Source: Alphaproteobacteria bacterium
GTDB taxonomy: Bacteria > Pseudomonadota > Alphaproteobacteria > CAAGCB01 > CAG-977
Length of the DNA stretch: 64,000 nt
Reading direction: 5' to 3'
Assembly: GCA_017539865.1 (NCBI GenBank)
Contig: JAFYCE010000078.1
Location: forward strand, 27,419 to 91,418
A program made the position numbers and the translations under genes. The notes beneath the pieces are model-generated. The model made no database searches and had not been told where the DNA came from. It worked only from the letters and a program-made list of their open reading frames with translations. Shown one piece after another: positions 1 through 10,397 of this stretch (the first letter of the stretch is position 1; each line of letters begins with the position of its first letter).

Positions 1-692
1 TCTTTAAACGACCCCAACGCTTTTTCGGCCTGTTCGGAAACGCTTGCCAGATTCGACGTTATTTCAACGATATTTTTCATTACTTCGGGAGAATCCTTGT
101 CAATCACCCGAACCAGTTTGTCCGCGTCTTGCAGCAGCTTGTTCAAATTTTCCACAGTCTGCTGCAAAGGCAGTCGCTGAAAAGTCTGCAATAATTCCTC
201 ACTCGTTGACGGCAGTGTCGGAATTTCAATCATTTTCGGATTATAATTATGCAAAACAACCGGCGTATCGGGCTGAAAGCTTATCCCGATGATTTTCTGA
301 CCGGTCAACAGGTTTTGATTTTCCAATTTCGCGCGCAACCCTTTGGCAATCAATTTTTCCGTAAATTCTCTGATGCTTTCTCTGGAAATATCCGGCAAGT
401 CCTTGATGATAAAACTGTTTTTATTCGTTTCTATATAGACGGGTATCTGAAAATCCATTGTTTTAATATCCGTCACCAAGGAAATGCCGATGACGCGCCC
501 GATCGGAACGCCGTTGAAAACGACTTGAGAACCGACGTTCAGCCCTCTAATCGACCCTTGAAAGTACAAAACGTATTTTTGCGTCTTTGAAAAAAAGCTG
601 TTTTGATTAACCAGCAAAAAAACGGCGATGAAAATAAAAAAAGCCGCTATCACAAAAGAACCGATCAGTTTAGGATTTGCTTTTTGAACCAT
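1..692 (-). CDS. mlaD: MlaD / Mce-domain protein (partial, C-terminal part runs off the window start)
   Basis: Minus-strand reading frame is open from the ATG at 692-690 to the window edge. Translation begins MVQKANPKLIGSFVIAAFFIFIAVFLLVNQNSFFSKTQKYVLYFQGSIRGLNVGS, i.e. a single N-terminal TM segment followed by an Mce domain. It lies directly downstream of mlaF on the same strand. The ORF track omits it because no stop codon falls inside the window. Confidence 0.8.
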   Translation of the reverse strand, partial: MVQKANPKLIGSFVIAAFFIFIAVFLLVNQNSFFSKTQKYVLYFQGSIRGLNVGSQVVFNGVPIGRVIGISLVTDIKTMDFQIPVYIETNKNSFIIKDLPDISRESIREFTEKLIAKGLRAKLENQNLLTGQKIIGISFQPDTPVVLHNYNPKMIEIPTLPSTSEELLQTFQRLPLQQTVENLNKLLQDADKLVRVIDKDSPEVMKNIVEITSNLASVSEQAEKALGSFK

Positions 693-702
693 GGTGTCTT
701 CC

Positions 703-1458
703 CTATTTTTCTCCGCGGGTCAAGAAATGTTTTAATGTTTCGTTCGGCGGATTTTGCAATAATTCTTTCGGATTTCCCTGCGCAATAACGGTTTTCGATG
801 CCGCATCAAGATAGATGGAATTCGTTCCGATTGCAAAAATCGACGGCAGCTCGTGCGTCACCATAACAATGGTCGTATGCAGATTTTCTTTAATCTGCAG
901 AATCAAATCGTCCAAGTTCTTGGAACTGATCGGATCCAACCCCGCCGACGGTTCGTCAAAAAAAACGATTTCGGGATCCAAAGCCAAAGCCCTTGCCAAT
1001 CCGGCACGCTTTTTCATGCCGCCGCTGATTTCCGCCGGATAGTAGTTTTGAAAACCGCCCAATCCCACCAAATCCAGCTTTAATGCGACAACATCCTTAA
1101 TTTCCGCCGCAGATAAATTCGTATACTGCTCTAACGGTAGAGCGACGTTTTCCGCCAACGTCATGGACGACCATAATGCGCCGCCCTGATACAGGATGCC
1201 TGCCCGCCGCATCAAAGCGTCACGATCGGATTTTGTCGCCCCTTTTCCCCAAAACGGTTTTCCGGCGAACATCTCCGTTCCCTCGACAGGTTCTTTCAAT
1301 CCCGTCAAAACGGATAAAAGCGTACTTTTTCCGCAGCCGCTGCCGCCCATGATGATGAAGACGTCTTCCTTGTTTACGGAAAAGCCGACATCATGCATGA
1401 TGATATTTTCGCCGTAAGCGACCGTAAAACCGGAAATTTCCAAAAAAGCTTCCGTCAT
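703..1458 (-). CDS. mlaF: ABC transporter ATP-binding protein MlaF
   Basis: Walker A motif GGSGCGKST, ABC signature LSGGMKKRAGLARAL and Walker B IVFFDEPSAGLD. Positioned between the mlaE and mlaD genes. Confidence 0.9.
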   Translation of the reverse strand: MTEAFLEISGFTVAYGENIIMHDVGFSVNKEDVFIIMGGSGCGKSTLLSVLTGLKEPVEGTEMFAGKPFWGKGATKSDRDALMRRAGILYQGGALWSSMTLAENVALPLEQYTNLSAAEIKDVVALKLDLVGLGGFQNYYPAEISGGMKKRAGLARALALDPEIVFFDEPSAGLDPISSKNLDDLILQIKENLHTTIVMVTHELPSIFAIGTNSIYLDAASKTVIAQGNPKELLQNPPNETLKHFLTRGEK

Positions 1459-1459
1459 T

Positions 1460-2587
1460 CTACACTCCGCCCATCGTAAAAAAGAACGTCAGAACGGCTG
1501 TCGCAATCGTCATCCAGATGATCGAATACACAACGGCGGAAGTCGTCGCCGAACCGACGGCGGAAGCGTTCCGGCCGCAGTTGATGCCCTGATAGCAACC
1601 GCATACGGCGATGATGACGCCGTAAACCGCGCCGTGAATGATTCCGATAATGATGTTGCGCATCAACAATGCTTTCAGCGTCATACGGAAATAGTCCTCC
1701 GGCGACAGCCCCAGCATGAATATGCCGACGAAAGCGCCGCCCAAAATCCCCATCAAATCGGCATAGACCGTCAACAGCGGCATCATCAGCGTCAAAGCCA
1801 GCACGCGCGGCATGATTAGAAAATCGAAAGGCGATATGCCCATTGTTTTCAAAGCATCGACTTCTTCATTGACCTGCATCGACCCCAAAGTCGCCGCATA
1901 AGACGCCCCCGTCCGGCCGGCCATGATAACGCCGGTCATGATCGCGCCCATCACGCGGGTGATGGATATGGCGACCAGACTGGACACGTAGATTTGCGCG
2001 CCGAACATTTTCAACTGGATGGAACCGACAAACGCCAAAATCAGACCGACCAGAAAACAAATCAAAGAAACGATGGCAAACGCTTCGACTCCGGCTCGCT
2101 GCAATTCGATTAAAAAATCCTGTTTGCGCAGAACGGCACGGCGGAAAAAGAAGCGCTTGAACGAAGCATGAATTTGGCGGCAAAAGGAAAAAACACCTTT
2201 CGTCTGTTTCCAAAAATCCAAAACAATGTTTCCCAGAACGGTTACGAACGGCTCCCCTCGGACGATTTCTCCCGACACGGCATGTTCCGGAACGGCAAAA
2301 GCCAGATTCAACAACGGTTCGACCCCTGCCGGAAAATCTTTTAAAACATACGCGACGTTATTTTTCTTACACAACTTTACCAAACGAACCAATAAAGCGG
2401 TCAATTCGCTGTTCCAATTCGTGACATCCCGCCCGTTGAACACAGCCCTGTCGAAGTCCGGCTTTTCGAAAGCGGCTAAAACGGCCGCCCTGTTTTCGAT
2501 AACGGCATTCAGAATCCATTCGCCGGCGAAAACAAGTTCCGCCGAACGATCCGGATTTATTTTCAATATAGCGTTTGCCGTCATCAA
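1460..2587 (-). CDS. mlaE: MlaE-type ABC permease with an N-terminal extension of about 120 aa (possibly STAS/MlaB-like)
   Basis: C-terminal roughly 250 aa are a multi-pass permease resembling MlaE/Ttg2B. The N-terminal roughly 120 aa form a soluble domain. The gene sits immediately upstream of mlaF. Confidence 0.85.
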   Translation of the reverse strand: MMTANAILKINPDRSAELVFAGEWILNAVIENRAAVLAAFEKPDFDRAVFNGRDVTNWNSELTALLVRLVKLCKKNNVAYVLKDFPAGVEPLLNLAFAVPEHAVSGEIVRGEPFVTVLGNIVLDFWKQTKGVFSFCRQIHASFKRFFFRRAVLRKQDFLIELQRAGVEAFAIVSLICFLVGLILAFVGSIQLKMFGAQIYVSSLVAISITRVMGAIMTGVIMAGRTGASYAATLGSMQVNEEVDALKTMGISPFDFLIMPRVLALTLMMPLLTVYADLMGILGGAFVGIFMLGLSPEDYFRMTLKALLMRNIIIGIIHGAVYGVIIAVCGCYQGINCGRNASAVGSATTSAVVYSIIWMTIATAVLTFFFTMGGV

Positions 2588-2600
2588 GCGTCCCGAAATA

Positions 2601-3530
2601 TTATTTTCCCTCTGTCTTAACAGGTTCCAGTTTCTGCGAATCCAAAGGCGTCAATTCATACTGCAAAATCAGGTGTTTGATAATATCAGGATATTTAACC
2701 GGTTTGTAGGGGAAATTTATTAGCAAATGAGCTACGGAATATCCCCTCATCGGATTATCCGTCCGTCTGTATTTGGCTCTGGCTATTCTGTAATTTTCAA
2801 AGTAGCCGTTCGTATTCAAATAATGAATCCGGCTTAACACCGCGTCATACAAAGACGGAAAGATTTTAATGCGGTATTGAGGGCCATCCTTTTGCTTTTC
2901 GTCAGGAACGGCGCCGTTTCCGTCCCAGTCGCGCTGATGAAAGACGGCATTATATTCCCGTGCGTAGCGGCTGGTTCCGAAACCGGAATCTTCCGCTGCG
3001 GTTGCCAGCAGCAATGTCGGCGTAACGCCGTCGACCTTGGGAATCAGAGTATCGAACAAAGTTTCCAAATCATCCGAAGGCTTAACATCGTAACGTGTCA
3101 CCCATTCTTTCAGCTTTTCCATGGATTCCGACGTCAAATCCCCGTTTTTATCAAATTCTTTTTTCAATATCAGGACTTGTTCGCGTTCCGCCGCCAAAGC
3201 CTCGTTCGCTTTCAGAATAACGGGCGTCATTATCTCGTAGAACAAGGCGGGACGAACCGCATCATATTTTTTCTTATTGAAATCTTTCGGAACGGACTGA
3301 ACGAAAATCCGCGGCACAGGCTTTTTTTCGGTCAAATGAAGCAACATATCATATCCGGCTTTTTTGAAATACCGTTGAAGCTGAGCCGTTTTATCTGCCG
3401 AAACGAAAAGCCCTTCATCCGTTTTGCGGACAACCGGCATGCTATTGTTAAAAAAAAGAAAAAAAACAGCGACGACCGAAAGTGCGATAACAACGCCGAC
3501 AATAATTTTAAGGATATTTTTTTTATTCAT
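2601..3530 (-). CDS. Bax-like protein with a glucosaminidase (FlgJ-type, PF01832-like) domain; N-terminal signal/TM anchor
   Basis: The segment ATAAEDSGFGTSRYAREYNAVFH resembles the AAAESGWGTSKLAR..NNLFG core of E. coli Bax and FlgJ muramidase domains. The ATG at 3530 (MNKKNILK) is more plausible as the start than the upstream ATG at 3599 used in the ORF track. Confidence 0.55.
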   Translation of the reverse strand: MNKKNILKIIVGVVIALSVVAVFFLFFNNSMPVVRKTDEGLFVSADKTAQLQRYFKKAGYDMLLHLTEKKPVPRIFVQSVPKDFNKKKYDAVRPALFYEIMTPVILKANEALAAEREQVLILKKEFDKNGDLTSESMEKLKEWVTRYDVKPSDDLETLFDTLIPKVDGVTPTLLLATAAEDSGFGTSRYAREYNAVFHQRDWDGNGAVPDEKQKDGPQYRIKIFPSLYDAVLSRIHYLNTNGYFENYRIARAKYRRTDNPMRGYSVAHLLINFPYKPVKYPDIIKHLILQYELTPLDSQKLEPVKTEGK

Positions 3531-3702
3531 AATCCGTTCCTTTTTTCCGTTTTTGCCATGATAGCCGACATCTTTTGAAAAGTCCTTTAAAAAAATCATA
3601 AAAAAACGATTTCACCGCTTGCAAAACCGAAAAGCGGCTCCTATATAGACTGCGACAAAAGCCCGAACGGGCGGAATTTAAAAATGAAAAGAGGTCTTTT
3701 TT

Positions 3703-5631
3703 ATGGGAAAAGTAATTGGTATTGACTTGGGAACGACGAATTCCTGCTTCGCTATTATGGACGGCAAGGACGCCCGCGTGATCGAAAACGCCGAAGGCGC
3801 GCGCACGACGCCGTCAATGGTCGCTTTCACGCAAGGCGGCGAAAAGCTGGTCGGACAGGCGGCCAAACGTCAGGCTGTCACGAATCCGGAAGGAACGTTC
3901 TTTGCAATCAAGCGTTTGATCGGCCGCCGATTTACGGACAAGCAGGTCGAAAAAGCGAAAACGTTGGTGCCTTATCACATCATTTCGGGTGAAAACGGTG
4001 ACGCTTGGGTGGAAGCGCACGATAAGAAATACGCGCCGAGTCAGGTTTCCGCTTTCGTTTTGCAGAAATTGAAAGAGGATGCTGAAGCCTTTTTGGGCGA
4101 ACCGGTTACGCAAGCCGTCATTACGGTTCCGGCTTACTTTGACGACTCTCAGCGTCAGGCGACAAAAGACGCCGGCAAGATCGCCGGATTGGAAGTCCTG
4201 CGTATCATCAACGAACCGACAGCGGCCGCTTTGGCTTACGGTCTGGATAAAAAGTCCAGCGGTACGATCGTCGTTTACGACTTGGGCGGCGGCACGTTCG
4301 ACGTGTCCATTCTGGAAATCGGCGACGGCGTTTTCGAAGTGAAATCCACGAACGGCGATACGTTCCTTGGCGGTGAAGATTTCGACGCGCGCATCATCAA
4401 CTATCTGGCCGACGAATTCCAGAAAGAACAGGGCATTGACCTGCGTCAGGACAAATTGGCCTTACAGCGTTTGAAAGAAGGCGCCGAAAAAGCCAAAATC
4501 GAATTGTCTTCCGCACAGCAGACCGAAATCAACCTGCCGTTCATTACGGCGGACGCGACGGGGCCGAAGCATTTGAACGTCAAACTGACGCGCGCGAAAA
4601 TGGAATCCTTGGTCGAAGATTTGTTGGAACGCACGAAAATTCCGTGTGAAAAAGCGTTGAAAGACGCGGGCTTGAAAGCTTCAGACATTGACGAAGTCAT
4701 CTTGGTCGGCGGTATGACCCGTATGCCCAAGGTTCAGGAAATCGTCAAAGAATTTTTCGGCCGCGAACCGCATAAAGGCGTGAACCCCGACGAAGTCGTC
4801 GCTTTGGGAGCGGCGATTCAGGGCGGCGTCTTAAAGGGCGACGTCAAAGACGTTTTGTTGCTAGACGTCACCCCGCTGTCTTTGGGAATTGAAACGTTGG
4901 GCGGCGTGTTTACGCGTTTAATCGACCGCAACACGACGATTCCGACACGCAAATCGCAAGTGTTCTCGACGGCGGAAGACGGTCAGACGGCCGTGACGAT
5001 CCGCGTGTTCCAAGGCGAACGCGAAATGACGGCGGACAACAAACTGCTCGGCCAGTTCGACTTGGTCGGCATTCCGCCCGCACCGCGCGGCATGCCGCAG
5101 ATCGAAGTCACGTTCGACATTGACGCGAACGGCATTGTGAACGTTTCCGCAAAGGATAAGGCGACCGGCAAGGAACAGACCATCCGTATCCAGTCTTCCG
5201 GCGGATTGAGCGAAGCCGACATCGACAAGATGGTCAAGGACGCCGAAGCCCACGCTTCCGAAGACAAGAAACGCCGCGAAGCCATCGACGCGAAAAACAG
5301 GGCGGAAAGCCTGATTCATGAAACCGAAAAGAACATCAAAGATCTGGGCGACAAGGTTTCCGCCGCCGACAAGGAAAAAGTCGAAGCGGATATCAAAGAG
5401 CTTAAAGATGTTCTGGAATCCGGCGATGCCGAAAAAATCAAAGGAAAGACGGAAGCTTTGATGCAATCCGCCATGAAGATCGGCGAAGCTCTGTATAAAG
5501 CGCAGCAAGCCGAAGCCGCCGCAGGCGCGGCCGGCGCTCAGACTTCCGGTGCGGACGCTTCCGCTTCGACGGAATCAAAACCGGATGAAGGCGTTGTCGA
5601 TGCCGATTTTGAAGAAGTCAAAAAAGACTAA
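3703..5631 (+). CDS. dnaK: Molecular chaperone DnaK (Hsp70)
   Basis: Contains [17 protein letters not shown] and the full Hsp70 architecture; 642 aa. Confidence 0.98.
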   Translation: MGKVIGIDLGTTNSCFAIMDGKDARVIENAEGARTTPSMVAFTQGGEKLVGQAAKRQAVTNPEGTFFAIKRLIGRRFTDKQVEKAKTLVPYHIISGENGDAWVEAHDKKYAPSQVSAFVLQKLKEDAEAFLGEPVTQAVITVPAYFDDSQRQATKDAGKIAGLEVLRIINEPTAAALAYGLDKKSSGTIVVYDLGGGTFDVSILEIGDGVFEVKSTNGDTFLGGEDFDARIINYLADEFQKEQGIDLRQDKLALQRLKEGAEKAKIELSSAQQTEINLPFITADATGPKHLNVKLTRAKMESLVEDLLERTKIPCEKALKDAGLKASDIDEVILVGGMTRMPKVQEIVKEFFGREPHKGVNPDEVVALGAAIQGGVLKGDVKDVLLLDVTPLSLGIETLGGVFTRLIDRNTTIPTRKSQVFSTAEDGQTAVTIRVFQGEREMTADNKLLGQFDLVGIPPAPRGMPQIEVTFDIDANGIVNVSAKDKATGKEQTIRIQSSGGLSEADIDKMVKDAEAHASEDKKRREAIDAKNRAESLIHETEKNIKDLGDKVSAADKEKVEADIKELKDVLESGDAEKIKGKTEALMQSAMKIGEALYKAQQAEAAAGAAGAQTSGADASASTESKPDEGVVDADFEEVKKD

Positions 5632-5658
5632 TCTTTTCTGATATATAACCGTTCGGAG

Positions 5659-5695
5659 AGGAAAATTCCCCTCCGGACGGTTTTCGCGTAATTGA
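5659..5695 (+). terminator. Stem-loop between dnaK and dnaJ (attenuator or terminator)
   Basis: Sequence ccgttcggagagg-aaaattc-ccctccggacgg followed by ttttc. Confidence 0.4.
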
Positions 5696-5710
5696 TATAA
5701 GGCTGAAAAA

Positions 5711-6868
5711 ATGGCGAAACAGGATTACTACGAACTTTTGGGTGTCAATAAAAACGCTTCCGACGCGGAAATCAAAAAAGCGTATCGCACTCTGGCGATG
5801 AAGTACCACCCCGACCGCAACCCCGGCGACAAGGAGGCGGAAACCAAATTCAAAGAAGTGACGGAAGCGTATGAAATCCTGAAAGACAATCAGAAACGTG
5901 CGGCTTACGATCAATACGGCCATGCGGCGTTCGCACAGGGCGGCGGAGCCGGAGGCTTCGGTGGCGGCTTCGGCGGGTTCAATTTCGGTTTCGGCGGCGG
6001 TTCGGGCGGCGGCTTCGGCGGCATCTTCGACGACATTTTCAGCGAATTCATGGGAGCGGCCGCCGGCGGACGAAGCAGAACCTCACAACAGGGGCAACGC
6101 GGCGCAGACATCCGCTACGATCTGGAAATCTCTTTGGAAGAAGCTTACACAGGTCTGAAAAAAGAAATCGAAATCCAGACGGCCGTCAAATGCGACGAAT
6201 GCAACGGCACGGGCGCGGCCGCCGGCTCCAAGGCGGAAACATGCGACATGTGTCACGGTACGGGACGCGTGCGCCGTCAATCCGGTTTCTTTATTGAAGA
6301 ACGCACTTGCCCGACTTGCCACGGTACGGGACAAGTAATCAAGAATCCCTGCAAAAAATGCCACGGCACGGGCAAGGTCGCGCAGAAAAAAGTATTGGAA
6401 GTCAACATTCCCGCCGGTATTGACACGGAAAACAGAATGCGTCTGTCCGGACAGGGCGAAGCCGGTTCAAACGGCGGACCGAACGGCGATCTGTATATTT
6501 TCGTTCACGTCAAGCCGCACCCGTTGTTCAAGCGGGAGGCAACGGATTTATACTGCGACATTCCCGTTTCGATGGTAACGGCGGCATTGGGCGGCACGAT
6601 TGAGATCCCCTGCATTGACGGCACAAAAGAAAAAGTCACGATCAGCGCGGGAACGCAGTCCGGCGACGAAGTCCGCCTGCGCAAAAAAGGGATGTCCGTC
6701 CTGCAAAGCAAAGGTTTGGGCGACCTGTTCGTCCGGTTCAAGGTTGAAACACCGACCAAGCTGACGGCGAAACAAAAAGAACTGTTGAAACAGTTTGAAG
6801 CGGAAAGCAACGAAAGCAGTCCGGAATCCAACGGCTTTTTTGAAAAACTCAAGGACTTCCTGAAATAA
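5711..6868 (+). CDS. dnaJ: Chaperone DnaJ
   Basis: J-domain with HPD (KYHPDRNP), a Gly/Phe-rich linker, four CxxCxGxG zinc-finger repeats, and a C-terminal domain. Confidence 0.97.
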   Translation: MAKQDYYELLGVNKNASDAEIKKAYRTLAMKYHPDRNPGDKEAETKFKEVTEAYEILKDNQKRAAYDQYGHAAFAQGGGAGGFGGGFGGFNFGFGGGSGGGFGGIFDDIFSEFMGAAAGGRSRTSQQGQRGADIRYDLEISLEEAYTGLKKEIEIQTAVKCDECNGTGAAAGSKAETCDMCHGTGRVRRQSGFFIEERTCPTCHGTGQVIKNPCKKCHGTGKVAQKKVLEVNIPAGIDTENRMRLSGQGEAGSNGGPNGDLYIFVHVKPHPLFKREATDLYCDIPVSMVTAALGGTIEIPCIDGTKEKVTISAGTQSGDEVRLRKKGMSVLQSKGLGDLFVRFKVETPTKLTAKQKELLKQFEAESNESSPESNGFFEKLKDFLK

Positions 6869-6876
6869 TGATTTTT

Positions 6877-6910
6877 CTTGACAAAACTAAAATTTCGTCC
6901 AACACTCATA
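6877..6910 (+). promoter_or_regulatory. Conserved promoter block (copy 1) upstream of paralog A1
   Basis: cTTGACAaaactaaaatttcgtccaacactcat. A near-identical block, cTTGACAaaaacaaattttcgtccaataatgat, lies at 7864-7896 upstream of the paralogous gene. Both carry a consensus -35 hexamer. Confidence 0.55.
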
Positions 6911-6940
6911 AACAGATGCCCTTTGTTTCAGGAGAAAATC

Positions 6941-7720
6941 ATGCCTCTTTCAGGTGTTGAAGATTTTAAGAATGTTACCGCTTATCCGTCCGGACGCGAT
7001 GTCGCTACGGGCAAGGAAACGTCGTCGAGATACGCTAAAACGCTGGCGGCTGTATGCGGTGCGGCTCTTTTCACCGTCGGAATCGGTTGGGATCTGGTCG
7101 CTTATACGGATGCGGCCAATTACCCTGCGGAAGAAAAGGCGGCATTAACGGCGGAATACGATACGGCATTGCTGGCAACGATCGATTCTTTGCATAATAC
7201 TGGCCTGTCTATGGAAAACTCCGTCGAAAAAGGCGTTCTGATGCAGACGAACCGTGCGAAATACAAAATGAGCGTTAAAGACGCGGAAGCGATTATCGTT
7301 ATGAAGCACGCGAATCAACGTCTGGCTCAATCCCGTAAAATAGACCATATCAATAAACGCAGCGAAACCTCTCTGGGCTTTAGCGCGACCAGAGCCGCGA
7401 TGGGATTTAGCGGGTTGACGGTGGACGAAGAAACCGTTTACGACACGGTTTATGCCTACAAACCCGAATTCCGAAATCAACTGGCCGAAGATATTCACCT
7501 TTACCGAACGGCCGTTCAACAAAAAGCGACAGAGGCCGAAATCGCCGCCGACACGACGACGCACGCCGCCGTTCGGGATACCGTTCCCGCAGCTAAAATC
7601 GAAATCGGCAATAAACCGAACAAGGATTTCCGCGCCTATCAATCAAATATTCAGAAGCAGCTGAACGTCAAAGGTCTGTCCGCGGCGGCCATAGCCGCAA
7701 AAAAGGGTAATTCCAGATAA
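6941..7720 (+). CDS. Hypothetical protein, paralog A1 (N-terminal VTAYPSGR motif, one predicted TM segment)
   Basis: The ORF track extends it to 6878, but homology with the downstream paralog begins at MPLSGVEDFKNVTAYPSGRDVATGKETS. No function recognised. Confidence 0.6.
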   Translation: MPLSGVEDFKNVTAYPSGRDVATGKETSSRYAKTLAAVCGAALFTVGIGWDLVAYTDAANYPAEEKAALTAEYDTALLATIDSLHNTGLSMENSVEKGVLMQTNRAKYKMSVKDAEAIIVMKHANQRLAQSRKIDHINKRSETSLGFSATRAAMGFSGLTVDEETVYDTVYAYKPEFRNQLAEDIHLYRTAVQQKATEAEIAADTTTHAAVRDTVPAAKIEIGNKPNKDFRAYQSNIQKQLNVKGLSAAAIAAKKGNSR

Positions 7721-7789
7721 CCCCGATAATCAACCTTTTCATTTCCGAAGCCCTTTATAAAATCCAACAAAATTTTCAAAAGGCGGGAT

Positions 7790-7816
7790 TTTTCCCGCCT
7801 TTTTCAATACGGCTTA
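7790..7816 (+). terminator. Rho-independent terminator after paralog A1
   Basis: aaaaggcggga-tttt-tcccgcc followed by ttttt. Confidence 0.6.
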
Positions 7817-7863
7817 TTAGCGAAAATCCCCTGTCTTTTTTCGAAACGGATCGTCAAAAGCCG

Positions 7864-7896
7864 CTTGACAAAAACAAATTTTCGTCCAATAATGAT
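7864..7896 (+). promoter_or_regulatory. Conserved promoter block (copy 2) upstream of paralog A2
   Basis: TTGACA, then a 17 nt spacer, then AATAAT; shares the aaattttcgtccaa core with copy 1. Confidence 0.55.
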
Positions 7897-7923
7897 TTAA
7901 ATGGAATTTTGAAAGGGTTTGTC

Positions 7924-8823
7924 ATGTCTTTTATCTCTTTTCTTGAAAAGGATGTCACCGCTTATCCGTCCGGCCGCGAGGTCGCCGAAGGAAAGAAGAC
8001 GTCCGCCAAATATAAAAAGGCGATAGCAGGCATTTTGGCTGCGGGGATAGCGATATCCGCCGGAACGTATTACGATTCTCTCGCGCCGTGGTCTTCGGAA
8101 AACTATCCGACACAATATAAAATGGAAGTCACGACGGAATACGATTCGTCGCTGCTGTCAACGATTGATTCCATATATAACACCGGCGTTTCCATGGATG
8201 TCGCCGTTGAAAAGGGCGTTTTGCTGGAGGCGGGACGCGCCGCGCAGGTCGTCCGCAACGATCCGCCGGAAGAACAGAGAATCGTCAACGTCAAGGTTCG
8301 CGATTCGGTCATGGAACACAAAATCGCGCTGAATCACGCTCAACAGCGGGTCGAAGACGCGCGCGACACGGTGCAGACGGACAGCGGAACAGTCTTCGTT
8401 TACAAAGCGGATTTCCGCGATCAATTGGCTTCCGAAATCGATCAGAACGCGGCGAAGCTGCAGAAAATGGAAAACATGTCCGTTGTCGATCAGGTTTCCG
8501 CCAGCGTTCAGGATCTGAAAGATAATTACAACCGCCTGTCCAAGGAAAAAAGGGACGACGGTGAAAAGCATCGCGAACTGTCCTGCCGCGCCGGACAAAA
8601 CGGCGTTGTCGGCGTTGCCGGCATTCTGGCCGCCGGAGCCGCCAAGGAAGTCGTCGATTTCACCAAGAAAGTCACCAACGAGGATTTGCGCAACGCGTAC
8701 GGCGGTGTCGAAGGCGTTGTGGCGGATGGCGTTAAGGATATGAAAAACAACGTCAACGGTTCCCTTTACGGTTTCCTGCACAAATACGGCGATTGCGGAA
8801 AATGGTCGTCCGGCCGCGGCTGA
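7924..8823 (+). CDS. Hypothetical protein, paralog A2 (VTAYPSGR family; Gly-rich C-terminus)
   Basis: Shares with A1 the blocks VTAYPSGR[DE]VA.GK.TS..Y.K, ENYP, EYD..LL.TIDS..NTG.SM...VEKGVL, and a TM segment (AIAGILAAGIAISAG). Confidence 0.6.
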   Translation: MSFISFLEKDVTAYPSGREVAEGKKTSAKYKKAIAGILAAGIAISAGTYYDSLAPWSSENYPTQYKMEVTTEYDSSLLSTIDSIYNTGVSMDVAVEKGVLLEAGRAAQVVRNDPPEEQRIVNVKVRDSVMEHKIALNHAQQRVEDARDTVQTDSGTVFVYKADFRDQLASEIDQNAAKLQKMENMSVVDQVSASVQDLKDNYNRLSKEKRDDGEKHRELSCRAGQNGVVGVAGILAAGAAKEVVDFTKKVTNEDLRNAYGGVEGVVADGVKDMKNNVNGSLYGFLHKYGDCGKWSSGRG

Positions 8824-9014
8824 TCGCCGGCCGGGAAAGCATAATGCCGCACAGCCCGTCCGGAAAACGGTATCATCCCCCCTCCTTTTTTCAGGCGGGG
8901 GTTATTTTTTGATGCGATAAGAACGGCTCGTCTTTTTAAATCATATCTTATTGGCAGTTTTTCTTTTTTATTTTAGGATGTATCCGTTGTTTATTCCGAT
9001 AAAAGAGGTTTTGC

Positions 9015-9815
9015 ATGAAAATAGGCGTGACAGGATGCGCGGGCAGAATGGGCAAAATGTTGCTCAGCCGCATTATAACCAATAAAAACTGTGAATTATC
9101 CGGCGGATCCGAACGTCGGGAAAGCGGCTTTATCGGTCGCGACATCGGCGAAATTATCGGTGTGCGGCCGCTCAATCTGACCGTAACGGCCTATCCGTTC
9201 GAATTGTTTGAAGCCAGCGACGCCGTGATCGACTTCACCGCGCCCGCCGCAACGGTCGAACACGCCAAAATCGCCGCCGAAACCGGCAAGATTTTAGTGA
9301 CCGGTACAACAGGGCTGACGGCGGAGCAAATGGACATTTTGAAAAAATGCGCCGAAAAAACGGTCATTGTCGCTTCCCCGAACATGAGCGTCGGCGTCAA
9401 TTTGCTGTTTTCTCTGGTCAAGAAAGCCGCCGCAATCTTAGACCCGTCTTATGACATTGAAATCGTTGAAATGCACCATCGCAACAAAGCGGACGCGCCG
9501 TCCGGAACGGCTCTCGGACTGGGCAGAGCCGCCGCCGAAGGACGAAATGTTTCCCTGACAGGCACGGCGCGTTACGAACGGCACGGCAACACCGGCATCC
9601 GCCCGACGGGAGAAATCGGTTTCGCGGCTTTGCGCGGCGGCGACGTTGTCGGCGATCATTCCGTCATCTTTGCCGGTTCCGGCGAACGCGTCGAACTGAC
9701 GCACAAGGCATCCTCGCGTGAAATCTTTGCCGACGGAGCGATTCGCGCCGCCTTATGGGCACAGGGGAAAGCCGAAAATTTATATACAATGTCGGATGTT
9801 TTGGGGTTAGACTGA
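9015..9815 (+). CDS. dapB: 4-hydroxy-tetrahydrodipicolinate reductase
   Basis: Begins MKIGVTGCAGRMGK with a Rossmann motif; EIVEMHHRNKADAPSGTAL is the characteristic DapB motif. Confidence 0.9.
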   Translation: MKIGVTGCAGRMGKMLLSRIITNKNCELSGGSERRESGFIGRDIGEIIGVRPLNLTVTAYPFELFEASDAVIDFTAPAATVEHAKIAAETGKILVTGTTGLTAEQMDILKKCAEKTVIVASPNMSVGVNLLFSLVKKAAAILDPSYDIEIVEMHHRNKADAPSGTALGLGRAAAEGRNVSLTGTARYERHGNTGIRPTGEIGFAALRGGDVVGDHSVIFAGSGERVELTHKASSREIFADGAIRAALWAQGKAENLYTMSDVLGLD

Positions 9816-9849
9816 AAAACGCATTCAAACAAAAACGGAGCGTTTTTTC

Positions 9850-10365
9850 ATGAAAAAATTTCTTTTAGCATCGGCTTTTTTGTTCTTAACTTCGACGGCT
9901 CAGGCCGGAATGTACGTTTCCGGCGGCATCGGATGGAATTTTAAAAACGACAGCAAAACGACAGACCTTCAAAATATCAGTTTCAAATATGACGATTCCG
10001 CCTTGTTATCGGCGGCCGTCGGTTACGCTTTCCCCGTCGTGCGCGTCGAACTGGAAGGTTTATACAACAAAAGCGATATGAAAAACGTCGATAGCCACAT
10101 GACTACGGGAGCCGCCTTCATCAACGCTTACGCCCGAATTCCCGTCGTAGGGATTTATGCCGGCGCAGGAGCCGGATACGCTTCCGTCAAAAGCAAAAAA
10201 ACACCCGTCTATCAGGGAATGTTGGGTGTCGAATACGGTCTGGGCTTTGTCAATCTGGGCGTGGAATACAGACACATTCAATCGTCCAAAGACATTAAAA
10301 AGTTTAATGAAAAATCCGAACTGCGCAACGACGCTCTTTTGTTAAAAATGCGCTTCGAATTTTAA
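9850..10365 (+). CDS. Small outer-membrane beta-barrel protein (OmpA-like/Opacity porin family)
   Basis: Signal peptide [19 protein letters not shown], alternating hydrophobic beta-strand pattern, and C-terminal ...MRFEF ending in aromatic Phe. Confidence 0.65.
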   Translation: MKKFLLASAFLFLTSTAQAGMYVSGGIGWNFKNDSKTTDLQNISFKYDDSALLSAAVGYAFPVVRVELEGLYNKSDMKNVDSHMTTGAAFINAYARIPVVGIYAGAGAGYASVKSKKTPVYQGMLGVEYGLGFVNLGVEYRHIQSSKDIKKFNEKSELRNDALLLKMRFEF

Positions 10366-10397
10366 GCCCTCCCCTCTTATTTCATCCGGAGGACACT

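Noticed and set aside
44-788. Three plus-strand ORFs (44..292, 249..590, 603..788) at the window start
   Set aside because: They lie antisense to a continuous, well-supported minus-strand MlaD (Mce-domain) reading frame that is coupled to mlaF. They have no motifs and are taken as frame noise.
3678-5508. Multiple minus-strand ORFs inside dnaK (3678..3866, 3814..4113, 4446..4730, 4918..5508, 4983..5285)
   Set aside because: They lie within and antisense to an unambiguous dnaK and have no supporting signals.
5911-6111. Pro-rich minus-strand ORF (…[13 protein letters not shown]…)
   Set aside because: It is the antisense reading of the Gly/Phe-rich linker of dnaJ (GGC/GGA codon repeats) and is a compositional artefact.
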